A DNA stretch of 64,000 nt, taken from NCBI GenBank assembly GCA_965199955.1, contig CBDATQ010000001.1, positions 352,001-416,000 of the forward strand. Direction: 5' to 3'. The position numbers were made by a program, and so were the translations under genes. This document shows, in pieces, positions 47,708 to 57,233 of this stretch. The stretch comes from Spirochaetia bacterium (lineage in GTDB: Bacteria; Spirochaetota; Spirochaetia; SZUA-6; Bin103). The notes beneath the pieces were generated by a model. That model saw nothing but the letters and a program-made list of their open reading frames with translations. It had not been told where the DNA came from and ran no database searches. Each line of letters opens with the position of its first letter. Position 1 is the first letter of the stretch.

Positions 47708-48795
47708 GCCTCCTCCGCGTCGGGGTGGTGGGTTGCGGGGCGATCGCCCAGATCCACCACCTGCCCAACCTCACCGCGCTGCACGAGCACTTCGAGGTGT
47801 CCGTGGTGTGTGACGTGTCGCCCTCGGCTGCCGCTGCCGCCGCGCGCCGCTTCCACGTGCCCGAGCACGTCACCGACTACCGGCGCGTGCTCGACAGCGA
47901 CGTTGACGCGGTGGTGCTGTGCCACACCGACCCCAAGACGGAGGCGGCAATCGCCACCCTGCAGGCCGGCAAGCACCTGTTCATCGAGAAGCCGGTCTGC
48001 CTCTCCCTGCAGGAGATGGACGCCATGATCGCCGCCCACGGCTCGGGGCTGGTGGCGCAGGCGGCCTACGTGAAGGTGTACGAGCCCGGCTTCGAGCTGG
48101 CGCAGCAGGCGGTGGGACGCATGGACGACATCCGCTTCGTGCAGATCAATCACCTGCACCCGGACAACCGGCTGCACCTGCAGCAGTTCGACCTGCAGCA
48201 CTTCGACGATCATCCGCCGGGCAGCCTGGAGGCGGCGACGGAGGCGCGGCGCGCCGCCTGCCGGCAGGCGATCGGCGAGATGGACGAGGAGCTGGAGCGC
48301 GCCTTCGGCCTGCTGACCGGCAGCATGATCCACGACCTGTACACGCTGCGGGTGATGGTCGGCCGGCCGAGCTCGGTGATCGGCGTCGAGATCTGGCGCG
48401 AGGGCCGCGCCGTCACCTGCACCCTGGGATTCCCGAACGGTGCGCGCTGCGTGGCCACCTGGATCGACCTGCCCGACCTGTGGGACTTCTACGAGACGCT
48501 GGAGATCTACGGCGACGCGCAGCGCGTCCGGCTCTCCTATCCGACCGGGTTCGCGCGCGGTATTCCCTGCAGCCTCACCGTGCAGGGCATCGACGCGGAG
48601 GGCAGGGCCTACCGCAGCGAGCCGGCCGTCGACTGGGAGAGCGCCTTCGCCCGCGAGCTCCGCCACTTCCACGCGAGCGTGGTCGACGGCGTCCCCAACC
48701 GCACGCCGCTGGCCGACGCCCGCCACGACGTGAGCCTCATCATCGACATCGTCCGCCGCTACCAGGCGGCCGCTTCCGGAGCACGCGCATGCTGA
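47704..48795 (+). CDS. Gfo/Idh/MocA family oxidoreductase
   Basis: GCGAIA and EKP motifs; ATGA-coupled. Confidence 0.9.
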   Translation: MSLLRVGVVGCGAIAQIHHLPNLTALHEHFEVSVVCDVSPSAAAAAARRFHVPEHVTDYRRVLDSDVDAVVLCHTDPKTEAAIATLQAGKHLFIEKPVCLSLQEMDAMIAAHGSGLVAQAAYVKVYEPGFELAQQAVGRMDDIRFVQINHLHPDNRLHLQQFDLQHFDDHPPGSLEAATEARRAACRQAIGEMDEELERAFGLLTGSMIHDLYTLRVMVGRPSSVIGVEIWREGRAVTCTLGFPNGARCVATWIDLPDLWDFYETLEIYGDAQRVRLSYPTGFARGIPCSLTVQGIDAEGRAYRSEPAVDWESAFARELRHFHASVVDGVPNRTPLADARHDVSLIIDIVRRYQAAASGARAC

Positions 48796-49238
48796 AGACC
48801 TCCCTCATCCAACCCGACATGCTGCGCGCGCTCGGTCGCGCCGGGCACGGGTCGCAGATCCTCATCGCCGACGGCAACTACCCGGCCGGCACCACCCTGG
48901 GCCCCAACGCGGAGCTGGTCAGCCTGAACCTGGCGCCCGGCACTGTCACCGCCACCCAAGTGCTCGAAGCCGTGGCGTCGGCGGTGCCGATCGAGGCGGC
49001 CGCGGTCATGCAGACCCTCAAGGCCGGCCCGTACGCACTGGCCGAGCCGCCGCCGATCTGGGCGGAGTTCAGCGCCATCCTGGCCGCGGCCGGCTTCGAC
49101 GGCGGGCTTCAGGAGATCGAGCGCTTCGCGTTCTACCAGGCGGGGCGCGGCCCCGACGTGGCGCTGACCATCGCGACCGGCGAGCAGCGCATCTACGCCA
49201 ACGTCCTGATCACCATCGGCGTGGTCAAGCCGGACTGA
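48789..49238 (+). CDS. RbsD/FucU family sugar mutarotase
   Basis: MLK, GHG..I.IADGNYP, ERFAFY and TGE.R.YAN motifs. Confidence 0.9.
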   Translation: MLKTSLIQPDMLRALGRAGHGSQILIADGNYPAGTTLGPNAELVSLNLAPGTVTATQVLEAVASAVPIEAAAVMQTLKAGPYALAEPPPIWAEFSAILAAAGFDGGLQEIERFAFYQAGRGPDVALTIATGEQRIYANVLITIGVVKPD

Positions 49239-49245
49239 GCGCGCC

Positions 49246-50226
49246 ATGGCTACCACTGCATCGCACATCGCCGGCCGCGACTGGAACGCGCCGGGACCCT
49301 ATCCCGATCCCGCGATCGAGGTGCTCGATCCCCGCTTCGCGGCCTTCAAGCTCAAAAACACCGCCGTCGAGCGGCTGTTCACCGGCGCGCGCTGGGCCGA
49401 GGGGCCGGTCTGGTTCGGCGACCACGGCTGCCTGCTGTTCAGCGACATCCCCAACAACCGGATCCTCCGCTTCGATGCCGCCGGCGGCGGCGTGAGCGAG
49501 TTCCGACGGCCGTCGAACAACACCAACGGGCACTGCCGCGACGCGCAGGGCCGGCTGCTGTCCTGCGAGCACGACACTCGCCGCGTGACCCGCACCGAGC
49601 ACGACGGCTCGGTGACCGTGCTGCTGGACCGCTTCGACGGCAAGCCGCTGAACGCGCCCAACGACATCTGCACCCACCCGGACGGCTCGATCTGGTTTAC
49701 CGATCCCGGCTACGGGACGCTCTACCAGTACGAGGGCCACTGGGCCGAGCACGAGCTGCCGGCCCGCGTCTACCGGCTCGACCCGGCGACCGGGCGCGCG
49801 ACGGTGGCCGTGGACGACATGGTGATGCCCAACGGGCTGTGCTTCTCGCCCGATCACGCGCGCCTCTACGTGGTGGAGACGGGCGCCTCCCATCACCCCG
49901 GCTGTCCGCGCGTGATCTACGTCTACGACCTGGAGGGCGGCCGGCCGTGCCGGCAGCGGGTGTTCGCGGACATGCAGCCGGGCAGTTCCGACGGGGTGCG
50001 CGCCGACATCCACGGCAACCTGTGGGCCGCCGCGGGCTGGGGCGGCCCCGGCTTCGACGGCGTGCACTGCTTCTCCCCGGAGGGCGAGCTGCTCGGCCGC
50101 ATCCACCTGCCGGAACCGTGCGCGAACCTCTGCTTCGGCGGAGTGAAGAAGAACCGCCTGTTCATGGCCGCCAGCCAGTCGCTGTACGCCGTCTACCTGG
50201 AGACGGTCGGGGCGCAGAGCCCGTAG
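49246..50226 (+). CDS. SMP-30/gluconolactonase family protein
   Basis: WAEGPVW, FSDIP, NAPND, PNGL.FSPD and DG.R.D motifs. Confidence 0.92.
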   Translation: MATTASHIAGRDWNAPGPYPDPAIEVLDPRFAAFKLKNTAVERLFTGARWAEGPVWFGDHGCLLFSDIPNNRILRFDAAGGGVSEFRRPSNNTNGHCRDAQGRLLSCEHDTRRVTRTEHDGSVTVLLDRFDGKPLNAPNDICTHPDGSIWFTDPGYGTLYQYEGHWAEHELPARVYRLDPATGRATVAVDDMVMPNGLCFSPDHARLYVVETGASHHPGCPRVIYVYDLEGGRPCRQRVFADMQPGSSDGVRADIHGNLWAAAGWGGPGFDGVHCFSPEGELLGRIHLPEPCANLCFGGVKKNRLFMAASQSLYAVYLETVGAQSP

Positions 50227-50246
50227 CCCCCACGCCGCCCGCCCGG

Positions 50247-50490
50247 TCACACGATGTCGGGACGCGGGTCGCCGATCGAGCCGGCGTAGTAGAGCGGCAT
50301 GAAGGCGAGCCGTTGCTCGGGCAGCCGGGACCAGGTTCCCGAGTACAGAACGATGCCGTCGGCGCAGTACGGTGGAGGCGGCCACGATCGATCCGGTGCG
50401 ACAATACTCGTGTACGCTTTCCGGCATCCCGCCGACGAAGAAGTAGGTCTTCAACTCGTGCAACAGCCGGCGTTGCACGGCTTCGTCCAC
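50247..50490 (-). pseudogene. AAA_14/DUF4143 ATPase remnant (two fused fragments)
   Basis: Y.FVGGMPE fragment joined near 50370 to an out-of-frame terminal GIVLYSG...LAFMPLYY. Confidence 0.65.
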
Positions 50491-50630
50491 CTCCGACTAA
50501 ATGATCAGACCATGAATGTTGGCTCGGTGCCTCTCCTTGCAGCTACGCCGGCAGTGGACGAGACGATCCGTTGAACGTGGTACCACGACGTGCGAGCACA
50601 TCGCGGTCGAAGCAGGCTACGCTCGGGCCG

Positions 50631-51383
50631 ATGATGCCTGAACCGTCCGAGCAGGAACCGATCGACCGTCACGCGGAGGCGTTCCGCGTGCTGGTGACGC
50701 TGGGGGAGAGCACCACCGCCGGCGGCTGGAGCTCCACCAGGGAGCGCTGCTGGTCTTCGGTGCTGGCGGCGCTGATCAGCGACTTTCAGGACGAGCCGGT
50801 GCGGCTGGTCAACGCCGGCATCGGCGCCAACGTGATCTCCGACCGGGTCCCCGTCTATCCCCACTCCGGCAAGCCGGCCGCCAGCGAGCGGATCGGCAAG
50901 CACGTGATCGCCCACGCGCCCGACCTGCTGGTGGTCTCCTACGGCCTCAACGACGCGCGCGGCGGCACGCCGGCGGAGCTGTTCCGCACCGAGCTGCGGT
51001 CGCTGATCGCCGCGGTCCGGCAGGGCTGCGATCCGCTGACCGTCCTGCTCGGCCCCTACTTCATGACCGCGTTCCGCGGCCACGCCCACTTCGACCACGC
51101 GGACCTGCAGGTGTTCGAGTGCTTCAACCTGGTCACGGAACAGGTGGCGCGGGAGACGGACTGCCTGTTCTGCGACGTCCTGCACGCCTACGGCGGATCG
51201 CCGTGGATGGTCCACGACGACGGCGTGCACGCCAACGACCTCGGACACCGGCTGGTCGCGCACCGGGTCTTCGAGACCCTGGCCCGGCACTGCTCCGGTC
51301 TGGCCGTCCGCACCAAGCGCCTGGAGCGCGAGAGCGAGCGCTGGCGGGACGAGTCGACGCTCAGGGCGGACTACGGGTACTGA
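50631..51383 (+). CDS. SGNH/GDSL hydrolase
   Basis: GESTT, NAGIG, YGLND and DGVH motifs. Confidence 0.88.
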   Translation: MMPEPSEQEPIDRHAEAFRVLVTLGESTTAGGWSSTRERCWSSVLAALISDFQDEPVRLVNAGIGANVISDRVPVYPHSGKPAASERIGKHVIAHAPDLLVVSYGLNDARGGTPAELFRTELRSLIAAVRQGCDPLTVLLGPYFMTAFRGHAHFDHADLQVFECFNLVTEQVARETDCLFCDVLHAYGGSPWMVHDDGVHANDLGHRLVAHRVFETLARHCSGLAVRTKRLERESERWRDESTLRADYGY

Positions 51384-51408
51384 CCGTGGCCGATTCACGA
51401 CAACGACA

Positions 51409-51942
51409 GTGAGAGTTCCCCCGCGTGGCGGCCGGCCGCGTCTGCTGATAGACGGGTCCAAGGTGGCGCGCAATGCCGAGGGATGGCTCGTGGCTGCACC
51501 AAGGAACGTGTTCGTTCGCGACTGGAAGGAACAGGAAACCTTCCTTGAAGTCAGCGTGGAGCATCCAGGTATTGGCGAGAGTTTCCCCGTAGCCCTGAAG
51601 AGAGGTCGCCGCGGCTATCTTGTCGCCGGACTGAGCCTTCCGGAGCGTGGCCCATTCGGCTTGGCGCGCGTTTCCGTACACATGAGATACCATCGAAGCG
51701 AACCACTCGCCGGGTGCACCTTCTGGTATTGGCCGAGCCTGAGGGGACTGCGCGGTTGCGTCTTCGATGCGGCCTGCCCGCCGGGGAATCTTGCGGAAGC
51801 ACATCTTGACCACATCAAGAGGACGGACGGGCAGATCTCGCTCTCGGCGGACGCATCGCATAGGTGCCGCCTGGCTTTCGAGGTTGACGGAAAGATCATC
51901 TCCTTCCTTCTCCGAGGAGGTTGTGCGACTGAGGACCGGTAA
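51409..51942 (+). other. Lower-GC ORF of unknown origin, probably a gene fragment
   Basis: 177-codon ORF with atypical codon usage, no SD and no recognisable motif. Confidence 0.35.
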
Positions 51943-52021
51943 GGATCCGGCGCTGCACTCACCGCCTCGACATCGCAGCCCCGACCGGGCACTCTCGGTG
52001 GGGTAGGCAAGGAGGAACGCC

Positions 52022-53032
52022 ATGGACCCGCTGCAGGGCGTACGGCTTGGAACGACGGACTTGAAGGTGACCCGGGTGAGCTTGGGCTGCGCGCCGATCG
52101 GCGGCCTCTACAGCAACATTCCCGACGAACAGGCGACCCAGGTCGTACGCACGGCGCTGGAGGCCGGCATCAACTTCATCGATACCGCCGCGCTGTACGG
52201 CGCCGGCACCAGCGAGCGGCGGGTCGGCGCCGCGCTGCGCGGCGTGGCGCGCGACAGCTACGTGCTGGCGACCAAGGTCGGCTGGCGCTTCGAGCACGTG
52301 CCGGGACCCAGCGGATTCTCCGAGTACTGGGACAGCCCCGGCGCCTGGATGGTCGAGTGCCGCAACGACTACAGCGCCGACTGGGTCGAGCGGTCGCTGG
52401 AGAACAGCCTGACGCGCCTGGGCATCGACCGGCTGGACGTCGTGCACATCCATGATCCGGACGAGGACGAGCACTTCGCGGAAGTGATGGACGGTGCCTA
52501 CCCGGTGCTGGACCGGCTGCGCTCGCAGGGCGTGATCGGCGCGGTCGGCGCTGGCATGAACCAGAGCGAGATGCTCGCGCGCCTGGCGCGCGCAGGCGAC
52601 TTCGACTGCTTCCTGCTGGCTGGCCGCTACACGATCCTGGAGCAGGGGGCGCTGGACGAGCTGCTGCCGCTGTGCCTGGAGAAGGACATCAGCATTATCG
52701 CCGGCGGCACCTACAACTCGGGCATCCTGGCCACCGGCTCTCAGGGCGGCCCCGACGGCGCCCGCTACGACTACATGGAGGCGCCGCCGGAGATCGTCGC
52801 CCGGGTGCGGGGTCTGGAGGAGGCTGCGGCCACGCACGCGGTCGACCTGCGCGCCGCCGCCAGCCAGTTCGCGCTGGCCCACCCGGCGGTCGCCTGCATC
52901 GTGCCGGGTACGCGCCGGCCGGAACGGGTGCTGGACAACCTGGAGCTGGTGCGCGTGGAGATCCCGTCCGCGTTCTGGGGCGAGCTGCGCGACCGCGAGC
53001 TGATCCGGTCCGACGCGCCGGTGCCGTCCTGA
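52022..53032 (+). CDS. Aldo/keto reductase (D-threo-aldose dehydrogenase-like)
   Basis: DTA.LYG.G.SE, TKVG, HDPD and LLAGRYT motifs; SD AAGGAGG. Confidence 0.9.
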   Translation: MDPLQGVRLGTTDLKVTRVSLGCAPIGGLYSNIPDEQATQVVRTALEAGINFIDTAALYGAGTSERRVGAALRGVARDSYVLATKVGWRFEHVPGPSGFSEYWDSPGAWMVECRNDYSADWVERSLENSLTRLGIDRLDVVHIHDPDEDEHFAEVMDGAYPVLDRLRSQGVIGAVGAGMNQSEMLARLARAGDFDCFLLAGRYTILEQGALDELLPLCLEKDISIIAGGTYNSGILATGSQGGPDGARYDYMEAPPEIVARVRGLEEAAATHAVDLRAAASQFALAHPAVACIVPGTRRPERVLDNLELVRVEIPSAFWGELRDRELIRSDAPVPS

Positions 53033-53035
53033 CGC

Positions 53036-55024
53036 TCAGGCGGAGCCGGTGCCGTTGCGCGCCGCCGAGCCCACCAGCTCCGCAAACTCGGCCGCCTCCA
53101 CCACCTCGGTCTCCAGCAGGCGCGCGGCGACCGACTCCAGCGCCGGGCGCTGCTCGCGCAACAGGGTCAGCACCGTCTGGTAGCGCTCGCCGATGATGCG
53201 GGCGGTCTCCTCGTCGATGTACTGCTGCGTGGACTCGGAGTATTCGCGGTTGACCACGTGGCCGGCCTGCCCGAGCAGCGGGCTCTCCTGGCGGTAGGGC
53301 AGGCGGACGTTGGCGAATCTCTCGCTCATGCCGTAGTCGGTGACCATCCGCTTGGCCATGTCGGTCGCCCGGTCCAGGTCGTTCGCGGCGCCGGTGGAGA
53401 TCTCGCCGAAGACCACTTCCTCGGCCCCGCGCCCGCCGAGCAGCACGTCGACCCGTCCCAGGATGTCGCTCTCGGTCAGCAGGAAGCGGTCCTCGGCGGG
53501 AGTCTGCATGGTGTATCCGAGCGCTCCCAACCCGCGAGGCACGATCGAGATCTTGCGCACCGGATCGGCGTCCGGCGTGTGATGGGCCACCAGCGCATGT
53601 CCCGCCTCGTGGTAGGCGACGATCCGCTTCTCCTTGGGGTTGAGCACCCGGCTGCGCTTCTCCAGCCCGGCAACGACCTTGTCGATCGCTTCGCTGAAGT
53701 CGCTCTGGGCGACTGTCTTGCGGCGCGCGCGCACCGCCAGCAGCGCCGCCTCGTTGACGATGTTGGCCAGGTCGGCGCCGGCGAAGCCGGGCGTGGCGCG
53801 CGCCACTTCCAGCAGGTCGACCTCCGGGTCCAACTTCACCTGCGCGCTGTGGATCTTCAGGATCGCCTCGCGCCCTGACAGATCCGGCTTGTCGACCAGT
53901 ACCTGCCGGTCGAAGCGCCCGGGCCGCAGCAGCGCGGCGTCCAGCACCTCCGGCCGGTTGGTGGCGCCCAGGATGATCACCCCGGAACGCGCGTCGAAGC
54001 CGTCCATCTCCACCAGGAGCTGGTTGAGGGTCTGTTCGCGCTCGTCGTTGCCACCGGCGATGGCCACGCCGCGGCTCTTGCCGATGGCGTCCAGCTCGTC
54101 GATGAAGATGATGCAGGGCGACTTCTCGCGCGCCTGCTTGAACAGGTCGCGCACGCGCGCGGCTCCCACGCCGACGAACATCTCCACGAAATCGGCGCCG
54201 TTGAGGCGGAAGAAGGTGACCTCGGCCTCGCCTGCCACCGCCCGCGCCAAGAGCGTCTTGCCGGTACCGGGCGCCCCCACCAGGAGCACGCCCTTGGGGA
54301 TCTTGCCGCCGATCTCGACGTAGCGGTCCGGGTTCTTGAGGAAGTCGACGACCTCCTCCAGCTCCGCCTTGGCCTCGTCCGCGCCGGCGACGTCCGCGAA
54401 GCGCACGCCGGTCTCTCCCTCGGCCACCACCTGGGCGCGCGACTTGCCGAAGGCCATCACGTTGGAGCCCATCGAGCCGAGCCGCTTGAACATGAAGCGC
54501 CACACCAGGAACATCAGCCCGAGCGGGATCACCCACTGCAGCACCAGCCCGAGTAGCGGGCGGTTGCCGCGCGGGACGGCGAAGTACTGGACGCCCTTCT
54601 CGTCGAGCAGATCCACGAATCCCGGGTCGTCGACTCGCACCGTGCGCCACTCCTGGACGCCCGATTGGGCGGCGGAGCCCGACTCCTGCAGGCGCCGCAG
54701 CTCCTCCTCGGTGGCGCTGTAGCCCACGTAGTGTTCGTCGGTGATGCGTACGCGCTTGATCTGCCCGCCGTCGACGAGCGCCTTGAACGTGCTGTACTCG
54801 ACCATCGACGTGACCTGCTGGCCGGAGAACAGCAAGTTGAACAGCAGCAGCGCGGCGGCGGCGATGACGACGTACCACAGGGAGAAGCGGAACTGGTTGC
54901 GGCTCGGCGGCTTGATGAGGGGCGGCTCCTCCTGCGGACCGCCGTCGGATTTCGGGGTCTGCCGGAAACCCCACTGGCCGTTGCCGGCCGGCGTCGGGCG
55001 ACCGCGTTCGTCTGGGTCGGTCAT
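53036..55024 (-). CDS. ftsH: ATP-dependent zinc metalloprotease FtsH
   Basis: Two TM segments; [24 protein letters not shown] and HEAGH motifs. Confidence 0.97.
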   Translation of the reverse strand: MTDPDERGRPTPAGNGQWGFRQTPKSDGGPQEEPPLIKPPSRNQFRFSLWYVVIAAAALLLFNLLFSGQQVTSMVEYSTFKALVDGGQIKRVRITDEHYVGYSATEEELRRLQESGSAAQSGVQEWRTVRVDDPGFVDLLDEKGVQYFAVPRGNRPLLGLVLQWVIPLGLMFLVWRFMFKRLGSMGSNVMAFGKSRAQVVAEGETGVRFADVAGADEAKAELEEVVDFLKNPDRYVEIGGKIPKGVLLVGAPGTGKTLLARAVAGEAEVTFFRLNGADFVEMFVGVGAARVRDLFKQAREKSPCIIFIDELDAIGKSRGVAIAGGNDEREQTLNQLLVEMDGFDARSGVIILGATNRPEVLDAALLRPGRFDRQVLVDKPDLSGREAILKIHSAQVKLDPEVDLLEVARATPGFAGADLANIVNEAALLAVRARRKTVAQSDFSEAIDKVVAGLEKRSRVLNPKEKRIVAYHEAGHALVAHHTPDADPVRKISIVPRGLGALGYTMQTPAEDRFLLTESDILGRVDVLLGGRGAEEVVFGEISTGAANDLDRATDMAKRMVTDYGMSERFANVRLPYRQESPLLGQAGHVVNREYSESTQQYIDEETARIIGERYQTVLTLLREQRPALESVAARLLETEVVEAAEFAELVGSAARNGTGSA

Positions 55025-55076
55025 GGTGCGCCTCCACGTTCAAGGTAGTGACGTCCAGGATCGGCGGTCCAGGCGA

Positions 55077-56561
55077 TCAATCAGCGGGCAGGGTCGGGCT
55101 GGCGCGGCCGCGGGTGAGGAGCTCGAAGGCGTGCGCGATGCGCACCAGGGTGGGCTCGCTGAAGGCGGTGCCGGTGAACATGACGCCGCGAGGCTCGATC
55201 GGGGCGGCGCTGCCGTCAGGTGCTGGTACGAACCCCAGCGGGACCGCCACCGACGGGTAACCGGCGCGCGCGGCCACCGACGATCCGGAGCCGCTCGGGA
55301 ACACCAGGGCGTCCAGCCCGTGGCGCTCCAGCGTGGCGTCGATGCCGTCCGTCCGGCACAGGCGCAGGTCCTCCGCGCGGGCGTTGAGGTATTCCGGCTC
55401 GTCCATGCGGCCGGAGGTTTCGTGCTCGGCGCGCAGCAGCCATACCTGCCCGTAGCGCAGCGCCTGATCCGCGTGGGCGGCGTTGAAGGCGATCAGGTCG
55501 GCGAGCGTCCGGCAGGGGGCGCCGGGGCCGAGCCGCCGCAGGTAGGCGTTCATCGCCGCCTTGAACTCGTACAGGAGCACCGAGGACCACGCGATGGCGT
55601 CGCGGGTGGCGATGTCGGCCGGGTCGACCACCTCGGCGCCGCCCTCGACGAGCGCGGCGCGGACCTGCTCCAGCGTGTCCTGCCACCGCTCGCCCTGTTC
55701 GTCCCAGAACCCGGCCCGCGGGATGCCGATGCGCGCGCCCCGCAGGCCGTCGCGACGCAGGTGCGGCCGGAAGTCGAAGTTCGGCGCGCCGAGCGTGGCC
55801 GCGTCCTCGGGGTCGGGGCCTGCGATCACGGCCAGCACGCGGGCGGCGTCCTCGACGCTGCGCGCGAACGGTCCGGCGGTGTCCTGACTGAAGGCGATCG
55901 GCACGATGCCGGTCCGGGACACCAGCCCGACGGTTGGCTTGATGCCGACGATGCCGTTGGCGAAGGCGGGCACGAGGATGGAGCCCGCGGTCTCGGTGCC
56001 GATCGCCACCGGGCACAGGCCGGCGGCCACGGCGGCGGCCGATCCGGAGCTGGAGGTGGACACCGGCAGCGCCGGGTGGTGGGGGTTGATCACCTGCCCG
56101 CCGAGCGAGCTGTAGCCGCCGGGCATGCCGGTGGACATGTAGTTGGCCAGCTCGGTCATGTTGGTCTTGCCGATGATCAGCGCCCCGGCGGTCCGCAGGC
56201 GCTTCACCAGCGGCGCGTCCGCCGGCGCGAAGGAGTCGGCCAAGGCCAGCGCGCCGGCGCTGGTGGCCATCGACCCGCCGCCGGGGCCGCCGGTGTCGAC
56301 GTTGTCCTTGAGCAGCACCGGCACGCCGTGCAGGGGGCCTGCCGCGGCGCCGGCCTGCCGCTCCGTATCGAGCCGGCGGGCCGTCCACTGCGCGTCCGGG
56401 TCGATGCGCAGCACCGCGTTGAGCTTGGGGCCGGCGCGGTCGACGGCCGCGATGCGCGCGAAGGCGCAAGCCAGCTCTTCCTGGACCGTCGTGTCACCGC
56501 GGCGGTAGGCGTCGAGCAGCCGGCGGATCGCATCGTCCGGGCCTTTGGCTTTCATGGTCAT
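55077..56561 (-). CDS. Amidase signature family protein
   Basis: LHGVPVLLKDN, GKTN, SSSGS, GTET.GSI and GIKPT motifs. Confidence 0.92.
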   Translation of the reverse strand: MTMKAKGPDDAIRRLLDAYRRGDTTVQEELACAFARIAAVDRAGPKLNAVLRIDPDAQWTARRLDTERQAGAAAGPLHGVPVLLKDNVDTGGPGGGSMATSAGALALADSFAPADAPLVKRLRTAGALIIGKTNMTELANYMSTGMPGGYSSLGGQVINPHHPALPVSTSSSGSAAAVAAGLCPVAIGTETAGSILVPAFANGIVGIKPTVGLVSRTGIVPIAFSQDTAGPFARSVEDAARVLAVIAGPDPEDAATLGAPNFDFRPHLRRDGLRGARIGIPRAGFWDEQGERWQDTLEQVRAALVEGGAEVVDPADIATRDAIAWSSVLLYEFKAAMNAYLRRLGPGAPCRTLADLIAFNAAHADQALRYGQVWLLRAEHETSGRMDEPEYLNARAEDLRLCRTDGIDATLERHGLDALVFPSGSGSSVAARAGYPSVAVPLGFVPAPDGSAAPIEPRGVMFTGTAFSEPTLVRIAHAFELLTRGRASPTLPAD

Positions 56562-56608
56562 CCGATCAGCGTACTTGGTCACTTGGTGGCACACTCCTGC
56601 CGTCGCAC

Positions 56609-56698
56609 GGAGGTTGAAAGTGCGAGCACGGCATCGAGAACGCCGGCGACGAACCCCTGGAGGTGCTGATCTGCACCGCGCCGCCGAATCGCCAGCTA
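56609..56698 (+). pseudogene. Cupin gene scar (SD and start joined to C-terminus)
   Basis: GGAGG-N6-GTG followed out of frame by EHGIENAGDEPLEVLICTAPP. Confidence 0.5.
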
Positions 56699-56717
56699 GC
56701 GGGCGGCGCGAACCCGG

Positions 56718-57035
56718 CTAGCCGATGTCCAGCTTGTAGCAGTACGAGCCCTGGAGCAGGTTGTTCGGAATCAGCGCGTCCGCCCCGGTCCCGTCGGCGT
56801 CATCCCACCACTCGTATCCGCCCACTCCGCACAAGCCAAGACGGCTCTGGCCGCGGTCCACTTCGTAGATCGCCGATGCTCCCGCCCTGAACGTGGACGT
56901 GCCGGCCGGATCGACCCGCACCGGTGAGTGCAGGTAGGTCAGCTCTGCCGTCGTGGTCGTCGTCGTCGAGCAGCCCACGAGCATCGCCAGCCCCAGGATC
57001 CCCATGATCGACCGAAGTACTCCCCGATTGCGCAT
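56718..57035 (-). CDS. Short lipoprotein, possibly truncated
   Basis: SD GGGAGG, signal peptide with LVGC lipobox, Thr run. Confidence 0.55.
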   Translation of the reverse strand: MRNRGVLRSIMGILGLAMLVGCSTTTTTTAELTYLHSPVRVDPAGTSTFRAGASAIYEVDRGQSRLGLCGVGGYEWWDDADGTGADALIPNNLLQGSYCYKLDIG

Positions 57036-57233
57036 ACTGTTCCCCTCCCAGCACGCATAGGTGCCGGGTCACTCTGGACCAGCCGGCGGGACCAGCGCAA
57101 CTGGGAACGGGTCTTCTCGTCAAGTGGGCCGGAGGAGGGCACCCTGCATCAGCACCTCCGGATCGGCAAGCAGGAACTCTGGAAGAAACGATCGATTGCT
57201 TAGTGCCTCGAAAAAGAAACGATCGTTTTCTAA

